Positions 45,544 to 55,361 of a stretch of 64,000 nucleotides of DNA are shown here, in pieces. A program made the position numbers and the translations under genes. The notes beneath the pieces were generated by a model. It was given only the letters and a program-made list of their open reading frames with translations, ran no database searches and was not told the DNA's origin. Positions within the stretch are counted from its first letter, which is position 1, and every line of letters starts with the position of its first letter. The stretch comes from a virus (taxonomy: Duplodnaviria > Caudoviricetes). The DNA is taken from IMG/VR virus record IMGVR_UViG_3300030620_000004, positions 1 through 64,000 of that record. The stretch is one strand, 5' to 3'.

Positions 45544-46779
45544 TTAGACACGGTTCCTGGTCGACTCCTCGAGGTTACGCCGCGTCGGAATGATGAGCGG
45601 CATGCGAGGCGGGGTGATGGTGTAGCCAGGCAACCCGTTCGCGATCGCGAGCTCGTCGGCAAGATCGGGCGAGCCATAGTACTTCTGTGCAATCGTCAGC
45701 ATGGTTTCATCAGCACGCGGAATGTGAATCTGGAAGTTGTCGTCGGTCCGCATCTTGTCCTGCCGCCGACTGCTGCCTGCCGATGGGATGACACTGCTCT
45801 GCCGCCGACGCGCTGCTTCTGCAAGCAACTCCATGGCCACCGCCATGTTCGCCGCTTGGTTCTGCGAAGCGCTGAAGTACGACGCGTTCTTCGTCAGCAC
45901 GTTCACCTTGTTCCGGAGACTCTGCGTCTCGGGGCCTTCACGCGTGACTTGGTCCATGAACTGGTTGGCGACCGAGACCCCGTTGTTCGCGACGTCGACG
46001 AGCCGCCCGAGGATGGCCGCGGGTGTCTCCTTGACCGTGATGATGATGTCGCCGATCTTCTTCAGCCGGTTGCTGATCGAATTGGCTGCGCGTGCGAACG
46101 AGTCCATGAGCTCGCGAGGTCCGTTCGCGATGGCCTCAAGCTGGCCGAGCGTGAACGTGCTGGCGCCCGGTTCCTGGTTCCGGTTCGGGTTGCGAATGAC
46201 GTCACGCGCGACGGCGGCTGCTGCCGCGTTGGCCGCATTGATTGCGGCCTGGGTCAGTGCAAGCGGGTCCTGCCCTCTCACGTCGCTCGCCTTCGGCTGG
46301 TCTTCACCTCGGCCAATCCAAGCGAACGACACCGACCCGTTGATGTCGTCAGGACGGTCGTAGGCGAAATCCCATTCTGATGCGCGCCCAATGCGCGACT
46401 GACGCGGGCTCGGCTGCGACTGCTCGGCTGCGCTCGAAATCCAGGTCACCTTGAGCAACGCCCCACCGCGGAAGATGTCTTCGAGAATTGTCGCAAGCGT
46501 CGACGCTCGCGTGACCTCGAACTCCTGCCCACCCTCCTCCTGCACCGTAATCGGGGTGCGGATGAGGCGCGTCGTGTTCCACACGAAATCCCAATCGCTT
46601 GGTACCTCCTGAGGCCCGAGCACGTGCTGTGTCGCCTCTGGGTTCCCCGGGTTCCAGTTGGTCACGAGCAGCTGTAAGCCGCTCCAGTTCGCCCCCTGAA
46701 TCGGCAGTCCTCCGCCTACGAGCTCAACCCTGCGCTTGCTGCCCGTACGCTCTTCGATGATGACGACACTTGCAGCCAC
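45544..46779 (-). CDS. Tail tube initiator with C-terminal LysM-like domain
   Basis: ETMLTIAQKYYGSPDLADELAIANGL. Confidence 0.75.
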   Translation of the reverse strand: MAASVVIIEERTGSKRRVELVGGGLPIQGANWSGLQLLVTNWNPGNPEATQHVLGPQEVPSDWDFVWNTTRLIRTPITVQEEGGQEFEVTRASTLATILEDIFRGGALLKVTWISSAAEQSQPSPRQSRIGRASEWDFAYDRPDDINGSVSFAWIGRGEDQPKASDVRGQDPLALTQAAINAANAAAAAVARDVIRNPNRNQEPGASTFTLGQLEAIANGPRELMDSFARAANSISNRLKKIGDIIITVKETPAAILGRLVDVANNGVSVANQFMDQVTREGPETQSLRNKVNVLTKNASYFSASQNQAANMAVAMELLAEAARRRQSSVIPSAGSSRRQDKMRTDDNFQIHIPRADETMLTIAQKYYGSPDLADELAIANGLPGYTITPPRMPLIIPTRRNLEESTRNRV

Positions 46780-46796
46780 TCGTTCACGTCAAAGGT

Positions 46797-47465
46797 TCAG
46801 GCGTTGCGTTCCGCCCACATCTGCAAGGGCGATGGCTCTTCACTGTTCTCGCTGATCTGCGAGTGCGCAGCAGCCTTGGCTTTCTCGTGCGCTTCCTTCG
46901 CCTTTTCGAGCGCACCCTCGGCGACAGCCGCAGCTTCAGCCGCGGTCTCCAGGTCCTCATCGTCGGCGGCTTTCTCGGCGTCTTCTTTCGCGACTTCGGC
47001 TTCTGCCAACGCCTCGGTGATGACTTCGAGCGCTTCCTCGATCGGACCTTCGTCGCCGTTCGAATCCTTGGCAGCTGCTGCAAGGTCACTCATCGCGGTT
47101 TCCATTGCCGCAATCTCTTCGACGACGGCCCCTGCATTGGCTGCGAAGGTTGCAGCGTCATGCAACTCACTGCCTGCAGCTTGTTCAGACGCTTGCTGCT
47201 CTGGAGTTTCCGCTGCCTCATCGGCTGCGGTCTCGCCCGCTTCGTCATGGCTTGGCGTTGTCTCCACATCGCTGTTCATGAACTCGTCGAGCGCACCACT
47301 CAAGTAGGCCTCGCTGGCTTCCGACACCAACTCGGCCACGGTGTCTTCGTCGAGTTCTTCGAGCAGTGAAGCCAGGTCGGTCGCATCGCCGCCGCCTTCG
47401 CCGCCCATGTCTTTCTCGTCGTTCGCAGCTCCACCGGTCAACCCGGGCATCATCGGCATCGTCAT
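46797..47465 (-). CDS. Highly acidic Ala/Glu/Asp-rich protein
   Basis: Composition; GAGGT RBS. Confidence 0.6.
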   Translation of the reverse strand: MTMPMMPGLTGGAANDEKDMGGEGGGDATDLASLLEELDEDTVAELVSEASEAYLSGALDEFMNSDVETTPSHDEAGETAADEAAETPEQQASEQAAGSELHDAATFAANAGAVVEEIAAMETAMSDLAAAAKDSNGDEGPIEEALEVITEALAEAEVAKEDAEKAADDEDLETAAEAAAVAEGALEKAKEAHEKAKAAAHSQISENSEEPSPLQMWAERNA

Positions 47466-47511
47466 CGTGGTTTACCTCTTTCGGTCTGGGCACCTTATCA
47501 CACCCGGGAGT

Positions 47512-49938
47512 TCACGTCCCGAATGGCGTCGCTGTGGTCGCTTGGACCCTAGAAATCGCAGCTTGCGTGAAGCGCTTCTCGAATGCAATCGCAATGCGGT
47601 CGGGTTCCTGGTCACGGAAGTTCTGCTCGATCTTGAAGACCTGACCGCCGTTGAAGTTCACCTGCGGTGCGGCCCCCTTGGTCATCTCTTCGATCTCCTG
47701 TTCCTGACGCCCCTTCAGGCCGGTCACGAGCGCCTGGAATTGCGGACCCATCTGCTCGGCGACCGAGATCATTTTTGCGAAGCCCTCGGCGCTCATGTCG
47801 GCACTGCGCACGAAGGCATTGCGGAGCTGCTCGGAGCGATTCACGACGCCGAGGATGTACTCCATTGAAGACTGGTCGTGCGCTTGCCACGACTTCGCGA
47901 ACGCTTGCGTGATGAGCCCAACGCTCGCTTCCTCCGCCTGCGCTAGCTCGAGCAACCCCTGCATGTACTTCTCTTCTTCATCAATTGCAGCCGACGACGT
48001 CGCCCCGAATTGCTTCACGACTGCATCGAAGTGCGCCGTGTCCGAGCCGACTTTCTTCGCGATCTTGTCGACGTTGCTGAAGGCATCCTCGAGCGGGTGA
48101 AACAGGCCTTGCAGCATCCCACGCCGCTGCTTGTCCATTCCTTCGAAGCGCTCGAACGTGCGCTCGGGAATGAGCTTGTCCGAAGCGGCACGCTCGGCTG
48201 CTGCCCGAAGTTCATCCATGCGCTTGATCTGCTCGTCGTTGAGCACGCCCATCGTCTGCGAAAGCTGCGCGTACTCCTTGAGTCCGTCGTCGACGATGCG
48301 GTTTCGCTCGTCCTCCGCCTCGTTCACCTTGGCGTTCAGGTAGATGAGCCCGCCCGCGAATGCCGTTACTGCCGCAGTCGCAGCCCACGCCGGGGGTCCG
48401 CCGGCAATGATGGCCCCTGCAAGCGAACCGATGCCCTTCGTGAGCTGTGCTCCCATCTGCACCGCAGGGCCACCCGACGCGACGAACCCGCTCATCGCCG
48501 AACCAAAGCGACCTGCGACCGTGCCCGTCGACGCCGCTGCCTTCACGATGGCTTGCTGCGCCACCGACATCCCCTGCACCGCATTCGAAACCTGCGACGA
48601 GCCGCGCATGAGCACTTGCCCTGCGACCCCGTGCGTGTTCACCAAGTCCTGCACCACCGCCTTGTTGATTGCCGCGACTTGCTTTTGAGAGTCGGTCAGC
48701 CCGGTCAAGTCCAGCTTGGGAAGCGGCACCATGCCGCCCCCCCGTGGAGCCCCTGGGGAAGGGGCTCCCAAAAGACCCATGCTCCTGCTCGCCTGGCGCT
48801 CGCCTAGCGCGTTTGCCGCCCCCCCAAGGCCCCCCATAACGGCGCCCCCCAAACCGCCTAGGAGACCGCCCCCAGCGCCCGTCATGCTGAGCATCATTCC
48901 GCCCCCAAGGACCATCAATTCCGTCTTGTGGGCCAGAATCCAAGTGACCGTGTCCCGCGCAAACTGGAACCCTTCCTTCACGGCCGACTTGATCTCGTCG
49001 GCATGCGTCTGAATGAACGCAAACGCATCCCGCATCCCCTTGATCGCGTCGCCCGCAAACTGCCCAACCTCTCGCCCTACGTCCTTCGCGAACGCTCGCA
49101 GGTCTCCACGCGCATCGCCCAGATCGCCCTGCAAGTCGACGAGCCCACCCATGAACTCCGTCATCGCAGACTTGCCGAACGTCTCCATGAACTCGTCGCC
49201 GATGGCTCGAATCGACGTCACCATGTCAGAGAGTGTCGGTGGGGCCTTCCCCAAGTTCTCGGCGATCGACCCGATGGCACCCGACAACCGGTTGATGCGC
49301 TCCTCTTGCGTGAGCTCGCGCCACTCCTTGTTCACGTCCTCGATCTTGGACGCGAAGATGCCCGTGCCTCGCAACAAATTGAAGAGCGGGCTTTCCATTG
49401 CCACCATGCCGGCACTCATCCGCCCGAAGTCCATGCCGAGCCGCTGCATGCTCAACCCCTGGACATCTGCGAGCGTCGTCAGGTTTTGCAGGTTGTCGCT
49501 CGCAACCTGGAATGCGCGGCTGCCACCCCCGAGAAACGTCACGAGCTCTTGGTGCCCCGCCTTGATGTCGTCCTTCAACACGCCGCTCGAGATCGTGAGC
49601 GTGTTGAACTGCGCGTTCAGGTCTTCCGCATAGGCGCGTGCAATCACCCACTCGTTGCCCGTCATACCGGCGAGCATGCCGGCGATGTTCTGCTCGAGGT
49701 CGTACGCTTCAGAGCCGACGTCGATGAACCCCGTGACGACGTCCTTCAGCTTGCCGAGCAGTGGCCCCACGCTCACGGCCGCAAACGTCGCGGCGAACTG
49801 CGTACCGAAGTCTCGAAGGGACGACTGCGTTTGGTCGACCTCGGCGTCGACGTCATCGAACCCACTGCGAATGCGGTTCAGAACCTCAGTCGCAAGGTCG
49901 TCGAGCTTGAGTTCTGTGCGAACGGATACGTCAGCCAC
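47512..49938 (-). CDS. Tape measure protein
   Basis: Long helical Ala/Gly-rich protein directly after the tail assembly chaperones. Confidence 0.85.
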   Translation of the reverse strand: MADVSVRTELKLDDLATEVLNRIRSGFDDVDAEVDQTQSSLRDFGTQFAATFAAVSVGPLLGKLKDVVTGFIDVGSEAYDLEQNIAGMLAGMTGNEWVIARAYAEDLNAQFNTLTISSGVLKDDIKAGHQELVTFLGGGSRAFQVASDNLQNLTTLADVQGLSMQRLGMDFGRMSAGMVAMESPLFNLLRGTGIFASKIEDVNKEWRELTQEERINRLSGAIGSIAENLGKAPPTLSDMVTSIRAIGDEFMETFGKSAMTEFMGGLVDLQGDLGDARGDLRAFAKDVGREVGQFAGDAIKGMRDAFAFIQTHADEIKSAVKEGFQFARDTVTWILAHKTELMVLGGGMMLSMTGAGGGLLGGLGGAVMGGLGGAANALGERQASRSMGLLGAPSPGAPRGGGMVPLPKLDLTGLTDSQKQVAAINKAVVQDLVNTHGVAGQVLMRGSSQVSNAVQGMSVAQQAIVKAAASTGTVAGRFGSAMSGFVASGGPAVQMGAQLTKGIGSLAGAIIAGGPPAWAATAAVTAFAGGLIYLNAKVNEAEDERNRIVDDGLKEYAQLSQTMGVLNDEQIKRMDELRAAAERAASDKLIPERTFERFEGMDKQRRGMLQGLFHPLEDAFSNVDKIAKKVGSDTAHFDAVVKQFGATSSAAIDEEEKYMQGLLELAQAEEASVGLITQAFAKSWQAHDQSSMEYILGVVNRSEQLRNAFVRSADMSAEGFAKMISVAEQMGPQFQALVTGLKGRQEQEIEEMTKGAAPQVNFNGGQVFKIEQNFRDQEPDRIAIAFEKRFTQAAISRVQATTATPFGT

Positions 49939-49953
49939 GGGTCAGCCTCAAGC

Positions 49954-50319
49954 CTACTGCCATTCCTTGGGCTTGTCATTGGAGCGCTCGAAGGTTTGCC
50001 GCTGCGTCTCGATGAGCTCGTGCAGGATGCTGAGCAGCTGGTTCTGACGCACGATGTCCTGCTGCTCCGTCCACTCCGGCGGCAGGTTCGCGAACTTCGC
50101 AAGGACGATGAGCGCGCGATCCATTTCGCGTAGTTCCTTGGCAGGATCATCGAAGGCGAAGGCCAGCGCCGCGTCGCAGATGACGTCGCCGTCGCTCTGT
50201 CCGAAGTACCCGAACAGATCCCGCATACGGTCTTCGGCAACACCTTGGTCGAGGGTGTTGCCGAAGTCGTCGCGCGTCAGGAGCCGGTGGACCTGACTTC
50301 GATGCAATTCTGTAAAAAA
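49954..50319 (-). CDS. Tail assembly chaperone, -1 frame extension (GT-type fusion)
   Basis: -1 frame is open from the T TTT TTA heptamer to 49954. Confidence 0.75.
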   Translation of the reverse strand, partial: FFTELHRSQVHRLLTRDDFGNTLDQGVAEDRMRDLFGYFGQSDGDVICDAALAFAFDDPAKELREMDRALIVLAKFANLPPEWTEQQDIVRQNQLLSILHELIETQRQTFERSNDKPKEWQ

Positions 50320-50915
50320 TCGCGCTGCTCACTCGTGTCGAGCACGTGCAGCTTGTTGAACATCATGTGCATCAGACGCCGGCACCGCTCGCCGAGCTCG
50401 TTCCAGAACATCTCGATGCCGCCCGTGCGCACCGTGCTCCAGTCAGCCTCGACTCCGTCGTGCACCCGAACCATCTGCTTCGCGAGCTCGTCGCCCACCC
50501 GGTTCGCGTCGCGCTGGCTTCGCCCGAGTGCAAGCTTCTTGTCCGCCACGTTGATGGGCCACACGACGCACTGCCGGTACAACACCACCCGGCCCTGCTC
50601 GTCGACCTCGCGAATCCCCGTCACAGGGTCCTTGATCGGCTCGCCCTTCCACGGAGCGTCTGTCCACTTCGACTTGAACTTCACAAACAGCACCTGCTTC
50701 CCACGCGGAAACGTGAAGCCCGGAGGCAGCTTCACCCAATGGGGGGCTGCACCGTGCTCCGCCTCGGGTAACTCTAGCTCGCGCTGTTCAGCTTCGAGCT
50801 CACGCACGACACGCTCCTCGAGCGTGTCCTTCGGGTCCTCCTGCCCAGGGTCAGGCGGCACGTCGGGTTCACTCTGGTCACTTCTAAGGGGCAAGCCCTC
50901 GCTCTGGTCGGTCAT
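50277..50915 (-). CDS. Tail assembly chaperone (G-type)
   Basis: Between the tube and tape measure genes; ends shortly after a slippery site. Confidence 0.75.
   Translation of the reverse strand: MTDQSEGLPLRSDQSEPDVPPDPGQEDPKDTLEERVVRELEAEQRELELPEAEHGAAPHWVKLPPGFTFPRGKQVLFVKFKSKWTDAPWKGEPIKDPVTGIREVDEQGRVVLYRQCVVWPINVADKKLALGRSQRDANRVGDELAKQMVRVHDGVEADWSTVRTGGIEMFWNELGERCRRLMHMMFNKLHVLDTSEQRDFLQNCIEVRSTGS
50313..50319 (-). other. Programmed -1 ribosomal frameshift heptamer T TTT TTA
   Basis: GAT TTT TTA in frame 0; a -1 slip reads FTELHRSQVHRLL... into the downstream ORF; these codons are rare in this GC-rich genome. Confidence 0.8.
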
Positions 50916-51026
50916 CGGTATTCCTCATTCTCGATTACTGACCCCGCGCCGTCGTGCGGAGGAAGCTTGCAGGCCGTCACCTAGAAGCACGCCCGACGGC
51001 GCAGTGTCATGTTGGCGCAGGGTAAA

Positions 51027-51473
51027 TCAGGGTAGAGCGTTGGTTTGCACCGGTCGCTCTTCACACCGAAATTCCATGCGCGGCTTGACGTAGTCACCAC
51101 GACTGGCAACCGAAGTGGGAATCGCACCCCACTTGACATCCTGGTAGGTGAAGACCGACGTGTCCCCATTCGGGTAGAAGTCGGTCCGCACCACGTTGAA
51201 GACGAGGTCGGGTTGGGCTCGTGTCGCACGCGCAATGATGAGCTCGACCAGGTCGTTCCAGTCTGCTCGGTTCACGTGGAACTCGAAGTCCCCACCGTAC
51301 CCGTTCAGAATGTCGTCGAACCGGTTCACCGTCTCGCCGAGGTAGCCCTGCTCCTTGAGCTCTAGGGCGACGTTGTCGTTGAACGCTGACACGCTGTCGA
51401 TCGACGTCACGACGTTGCCGGCTTGAATCACTCGAACTGAGACTTCTTGGCCTTTCAGCCTTTGGTCGGCCAC
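51027..51473 (-). CDS. Tail tube protein
   Basis: 148 aa, beta-rich, directly downstream of the sheath apart from the HNH insertion; GTG start with an AAAGGG RBS. Confidence 0.75.
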   Translation of the reverse strand: MADQRLKGQEVSVRVIQAGNVVTSIDSVSAFNDNVALELKEQGYLGETVNRFDDILNGYGGDFEFHVNRADWNDLVELIIARATRAQPDLVFNVVRTDFYPNGDTSVFTYQDVKWGAIPTSVASRGDYVKPRMEFRCEERPVQTNALP

Positions 51474-51506
51474 GCTTGAACCCTTTCTGCTAAACATGCC
51501 ATATTC

Positions 51507-52072
51507 ATGGTCATGCAAATGGATGATTTGAAAGACCAACGCTTCGGGCGCTGGACCGTCGTCAAACGAAACCCAAGTCCTGCGGTTGCCTGCGTCGCGA
51601 AATGGGAGTCTCCAGAGGACATGCAAGCCGCAAGCATGGGGGCGACGGCACCCCCGAGTACATGGCCTATCACCAGGCCAAGCACCGTTGCACGAATGCA
51701 AATTCGCCGGTTTGGAACCACTACGGCGGACGAGGCATCGAGTTCAGATTCACTTCGTTCGAGCAATTCATTGCCGAGCTCGGACCTCGCCCGAGTTCTC
51801 GTCACTCGCTCGATCGCATCGACAACGAAGGACACTACGAACCGGACAACTGTCGTTGGGCAACTCCCAAACAACAGAACACCAATTGCCGCAAGCGGAG
51901 TAAGCCAACCCGCCAGCGTCTTGTCGAGTTTCACGGGCTCAAGATGAACCTGCGCCAATGGGCTGCCGAGCTGGGAATTGCTGAACATGTATTGCAGAAT
52001 CGCTTTAGAAGGGGTTGGACTGCCGAGCGGGCCTTCACGAACTCGACCAGAAAGTACGTGCTGGAAGACTAG
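51507..52072 (+). pseudogene. HNH homing endonuclease with frameshifted, internally deleted N-terminus; 51602-52072 may still be expressed
   Basis: DLKDQRFGRWTV in one frame; KSCGC...YGGRGI...LDRIDNEGHYEPDNCRWAT in another; the only plus-strand gene. Confidence 0.8.
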
Positions 52073-54642
52073 GCCGCCAGTTGCTCCGTCACCGTCACCA
52101 CGTTCTCGCCAATCTCGGTGTCGAGAACGATGAAGTCGAGCGAGGAAAGCGTTCGCACCTTGAGGATGATGCGGAAGATACCCGCCGCCAGCGCCTCGGG
52201 CGTGTTTCCCGAGATGGCGTCGATGATGTACGAGTCGATGCGTTGGCTGCTCGGGTTGTTCGGGCTCTTCAGCCCGTTCATGAACGAGTCGATCTCGCCG
52301 AGGATGAGACTGCGACGCTCACGGGTGTTCAGCTTCTTGTTGAACGCCTTGAGCCGCGGAGCAATCGAGTCCTGGATGAAGTCGGCCATCCGACGACGTG
52401 CGATGTTCTTCAGGTTCGGGAACGTCGTCGGGTTCACACTCGTGATGCCGCTCTGGATGATCGGCGTGCCGTCGTCGATACGCAGCGCTGCAATGCCGTT
52501 CGCCTTAAACGCCTTGTAGTCGTTGATCTTCATGTCCTGCACGTCCGGGTTCCCGCGCTCGAGCGCCTGGATTGCCGTCATGAAGCCCGTCAGCTGCCCC
52601 GGGTTCTCCTCGGGAGGCAGCTGGCTGAGCGTGCTGCTTACCCACGAATCGAACCCAGTGTCGATGACACCGTCTTCCGTGAAGCCGTCACCACCACCGA
52701 GCCCGCGGCTCGCAATCTGCGGGACGAACGTCGCAGAACCCGGGAAAGCGTACACCACCCGCTGCTCGCGGTAGGCACCGACGCCTGGCTGCTGCGTGCT
52801 CGACAAGGCGAGCGCTCGAGTCGTCGTGCCGAGCGGCGGGCGAATCACCGCCATGCGACCCGCCAACCCTTCACTCGACGCTTGCAGCGCGTTCTGGCGA
52901 AGTGCTGTCCGGATGGCGTTGCTCTGCCGCGCACTGAAGATGATGTTGCCCTGCTTCGAGATTGCGTTCGAATTCAACGTCGAATCGAGCGCCGTCACAT
53001 ACGCCGCATCGAGCGCCGCTTCAGTGAGCGCTGCGGACACCGGGAGCAGGTTCGTGGCGACGAACGAGTCGAAGCCAATCGCCGCGACGACCGTCGTGAC
53101 CGTACCCGTCAACGCGCTGAGTGCCGTGCCGTCGTCGAGCGCCGGCCGCACCCGCACCGTGTAGGGGCCGGGGTTGCCAGCCTCGACGTTGACCGTCTTG
53201 GCCGTCACCCACGTGGTCACGCCGTCCGACACCCGAGTGCCCGCAGGGATGCTGCCCGCAAGGCCGTCGAGAATCGAATCAGTGTCGCCCACCGTGAAGC
53301 CAAGCGCAGCCGCCGTGTGCGCGAGCACCGTGATGTACGCGGTCGACAACGTCGACACGCTGCACACTCGCAACGACCCATCAGGCGCCTGCTCGACGCG
53401 AGACCCCGCAACGGCTGCCTCGACGATGAGCTTGATTTCGTTGAACGTGACCTGGTTGATGTTCGCAACGTTGCCAGTGCCCACCGCCGACGTCGCAGCA
53501 CTGAACCCCGTCGCGGTCGTCACGAGCACGCCGCTCACGCTGTTCACCGTCACCGAGCCGGCAGTCCCAGGCACTCGCCCACTCAACGTGGTCACGCCAC
53601 CGCCCGACACGACCGCCGCCGTGTAGCCGAGCGCCGTGTTGATGCGGCTGACGACTTGAGCTTGCGTCTGGTCGGCAAGCTGGAACACGATGTCGAGCGG
53701 ACCAATCTGCTGCGACGTGCCCTCGTCGATGGTGACGTTTATCGTCTCGCCACCGACGAACGTGGTCGGGTAGACTCCCGCTGCCGATGCCAGCGCTGCA
53801 ACGACGCCAGTGAACGTAGCAGTGTCCGAGTTGTCGCTGCCGGTGACGAGCGCAGTGACCGAGAAGCCAATCGCAGCAGTGATGCCCGCCGCAACGGCCG
53901 TGATCTCGAGCGTGCTCGCAGGTCCCGTGTTTGCAGACCGCAGCACGATGGTGTTCGCCACGGTGCCAAGTGAAGCCGCCGTGTAGCCGAGCTCTGTGTT
54001 GATGCGCGCGATGACTTGCGCAATGGTCTGATCCCCCACCAAGAACGAGATGACAGTCGGACCAGCGCCGTCCACATCGACCGTCATCGTGTCGGCAACG
54101 CCGTCGAACCCAGTCGGGTAGGTGCCGACGGCCGACGTGATGCGCGCAGGCGAAAACTCGCCGTCGGGGTCGTCGAGCAGGAACTTGAGGGTCTGCCCAC
54201 TCAAGAGGCCGTAGCTGAAAGCCTGCGCGCCCCCGACGCACGCATTGCGGATGAACTGGACCTGTCCCACGGTCGTGTCGACCCGCACCACGATCAATCG
54301 ACTGAAGCGCTTGTTCACGAGCGAGAGGAAGGCGTTGCCGTTCCAGTACTCGGGCAGGACTGCGAAGTCCGCCTTGCGAGCGCGGGCTGCGGGGTTGTTT
54401 CCCGAGACGCCGTCGTACGTGAAGCCGAAGGAACCGAAGCGGTCGAGCAAGTCTGTCGCGCTGAAGGCTTCGCTCGGCGCGTTGAAGTCGCCGTCTTCGA
54501 ATTCACCCACTGCAATCACGACCCCCGTCGAGGCACCCTGGATGTTGCCCGGGGGTTCCCGGTCGATGATGACGACACCCTCGATCGACGTGATCTCGGA
54601 GACCCCAGGGTCTGATGTGAAACGACGAACGAAACCAGCCAT
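52069..54642 (-). CDS. Contractile tail sheath protein with inserted repeat domains
   Basis: C-terminal NIARRRMADFIQDSI...ILKVRTLSSLDFIVL; 857 aa. Confidence 0.9.
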   Translation of the reverse strand: MAGFVRRFTSDPGVSEITSIEGVVIIDREPPGNIQGASTGVVIAVGEFEDGDFNAPSEAFSATDLLDRFGSFGFTYDGVSGNNPAARARKADFAVLPEYWNGNAFLSLVNKRFSRLIVVRVDTTVGQVQFIRNACVGGAQAFSYGLLSGQTLKFLLDDPDGEFSPARITSAVGTYPTGFDGVADTMTVDVDGAGPTVISFLVGDQTIAQVIARINTELGYTAASLGTVANTIVLRSANTGPASTLEITAVAAGITAAIGFSVTALVTGSDNSDTATFTGVVAALASAAGVYPTTFVGGETINVTIDEGTSQQIGPLDIVFQLADQTQAQVVSRINTALGYTAAVVSGGGVTTLSGRVPGTAGSVTVNSVSGVLVTTATGFSAATSAVGTGNVANINQVTFNEIKLIVEAAVAGSRVEQAPDGSLRVCSVSTLSTAYITVLAHTAAALGFTVGDTDSILDGLAGSIPAGTRVSDGVTTWVTAKTVNVEAGNPGPYTVRVRPALDDGTALSALTGTVTTVVAAIGFDSFVATNLLPVSAALTEAALDAAYVTALDSTLNSNAISKQGNIIFSARQSNAIRTALRQNALQASSEGLAGRMAVIRPPLGTTTRALALSSTQQPGVGAYREQRVVYAFPGSATFVPQIASRGLGGGDGFTEDGVIDTGFDSWVSSTLSQLPPEENPGQLTGFMTAIQALERGNPDVQDMKINDYKAFKANGIAALRIDDGTPIIQSGITSVNPTTFPNLKNIARRRMADFIQDSIAPRLKAFNKKLNTRERRSLILGEIDSFMNGLKSPNNPSSQRIDSYIIDAISGNTPEALAAGIFRIILKVRTLSSLDFIVLDTEIGENVVTVTEQLAA

Positions 54643-54665
54643 GATTCTTTGCTCCTGTGGATTGG

Positions 54666-55361
54666 TCAGCAGTCTAGCGTGAGGAAGACGTTGCCGTCGA
54701 GTACCGTTGTCGCCACGTCGGCGTTCATCTGGCGGACGTTGACCAGTGTAACCTCGCAGACGCGCATCGTCACCATGAGATGTGCACGACGCCGATTCCT
54801 GCTCACCTCATCGCCGTCGATGTACTGGCTCTCGATGAGCTCGAACGCCGCGGTCTCGTTGTAGTAAGCAGGCAGCGAGAGGAAGATCGCAGACGAGCCG
54901 TCGTTGGCTCGAAACGCAGCCTTGAGGCCGGCGACCAACGCCCGACGCTCGGCTTTCTTGCTCCCCCAGACCTCGACGATGAACGGCTCGATGTAGTCAC
55001 CCGCTCGCAGAAGCGCAGTGCCTGGCCCTGCAACCCCGACAGTGTCTTCGAGCACGGTCGGCGGCCCGAGCCCGTAGGTGTCGTGCACCCCCCGCCCTGG
55101 GATGATGGCGATGCCAGGCAGAGGCGCGTCCTTCAAGTCGTCGGGTTGCTGAATCAGCACACTCTCGAACGGCAAGCAGAACGGGATGGCCTCAAGCCCC
55201 GGCGCGTTCGTCCGGCGGAAGATGAGCGAACAGAAGTACTCTCGCAGCCGCTCGAGTGCGTAGTCCCGCGCATCCTTGTCCGGCAGCACCGGAAGCGGCT
55301 GCGGGGGATACACCACGTTGAGCGTGTTGTTCTTGAGCAGTGCCAACGACGGCGTGCTCAT
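54666..55361 (-). CDS. Tail terminator / completion protein
   Basis: Position upstream of the sheath gene; fold pattern. Confidence 0.55.
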   Translation of the reverse strand: MSTPSLALLKNNTLNVVYPPQPLPVLPDKDARDYALERLREYFCSLIFRRTNAPGLEAIPFCLPFESVLIQQPDDLKDAPLPGIAIIPGRGVHDTYGLGPPTVLEDTVGVAGPGTALLRAGDYIEPFIVEVWGSKKAERRALVAGLKAAFRANDGSSAIFLSLPAYYNETAAFELIESQYIDGDEVSRNRRRAHLMVTMRVCEVTLVNVRQMNADVATTVLDGNVFLTLDC

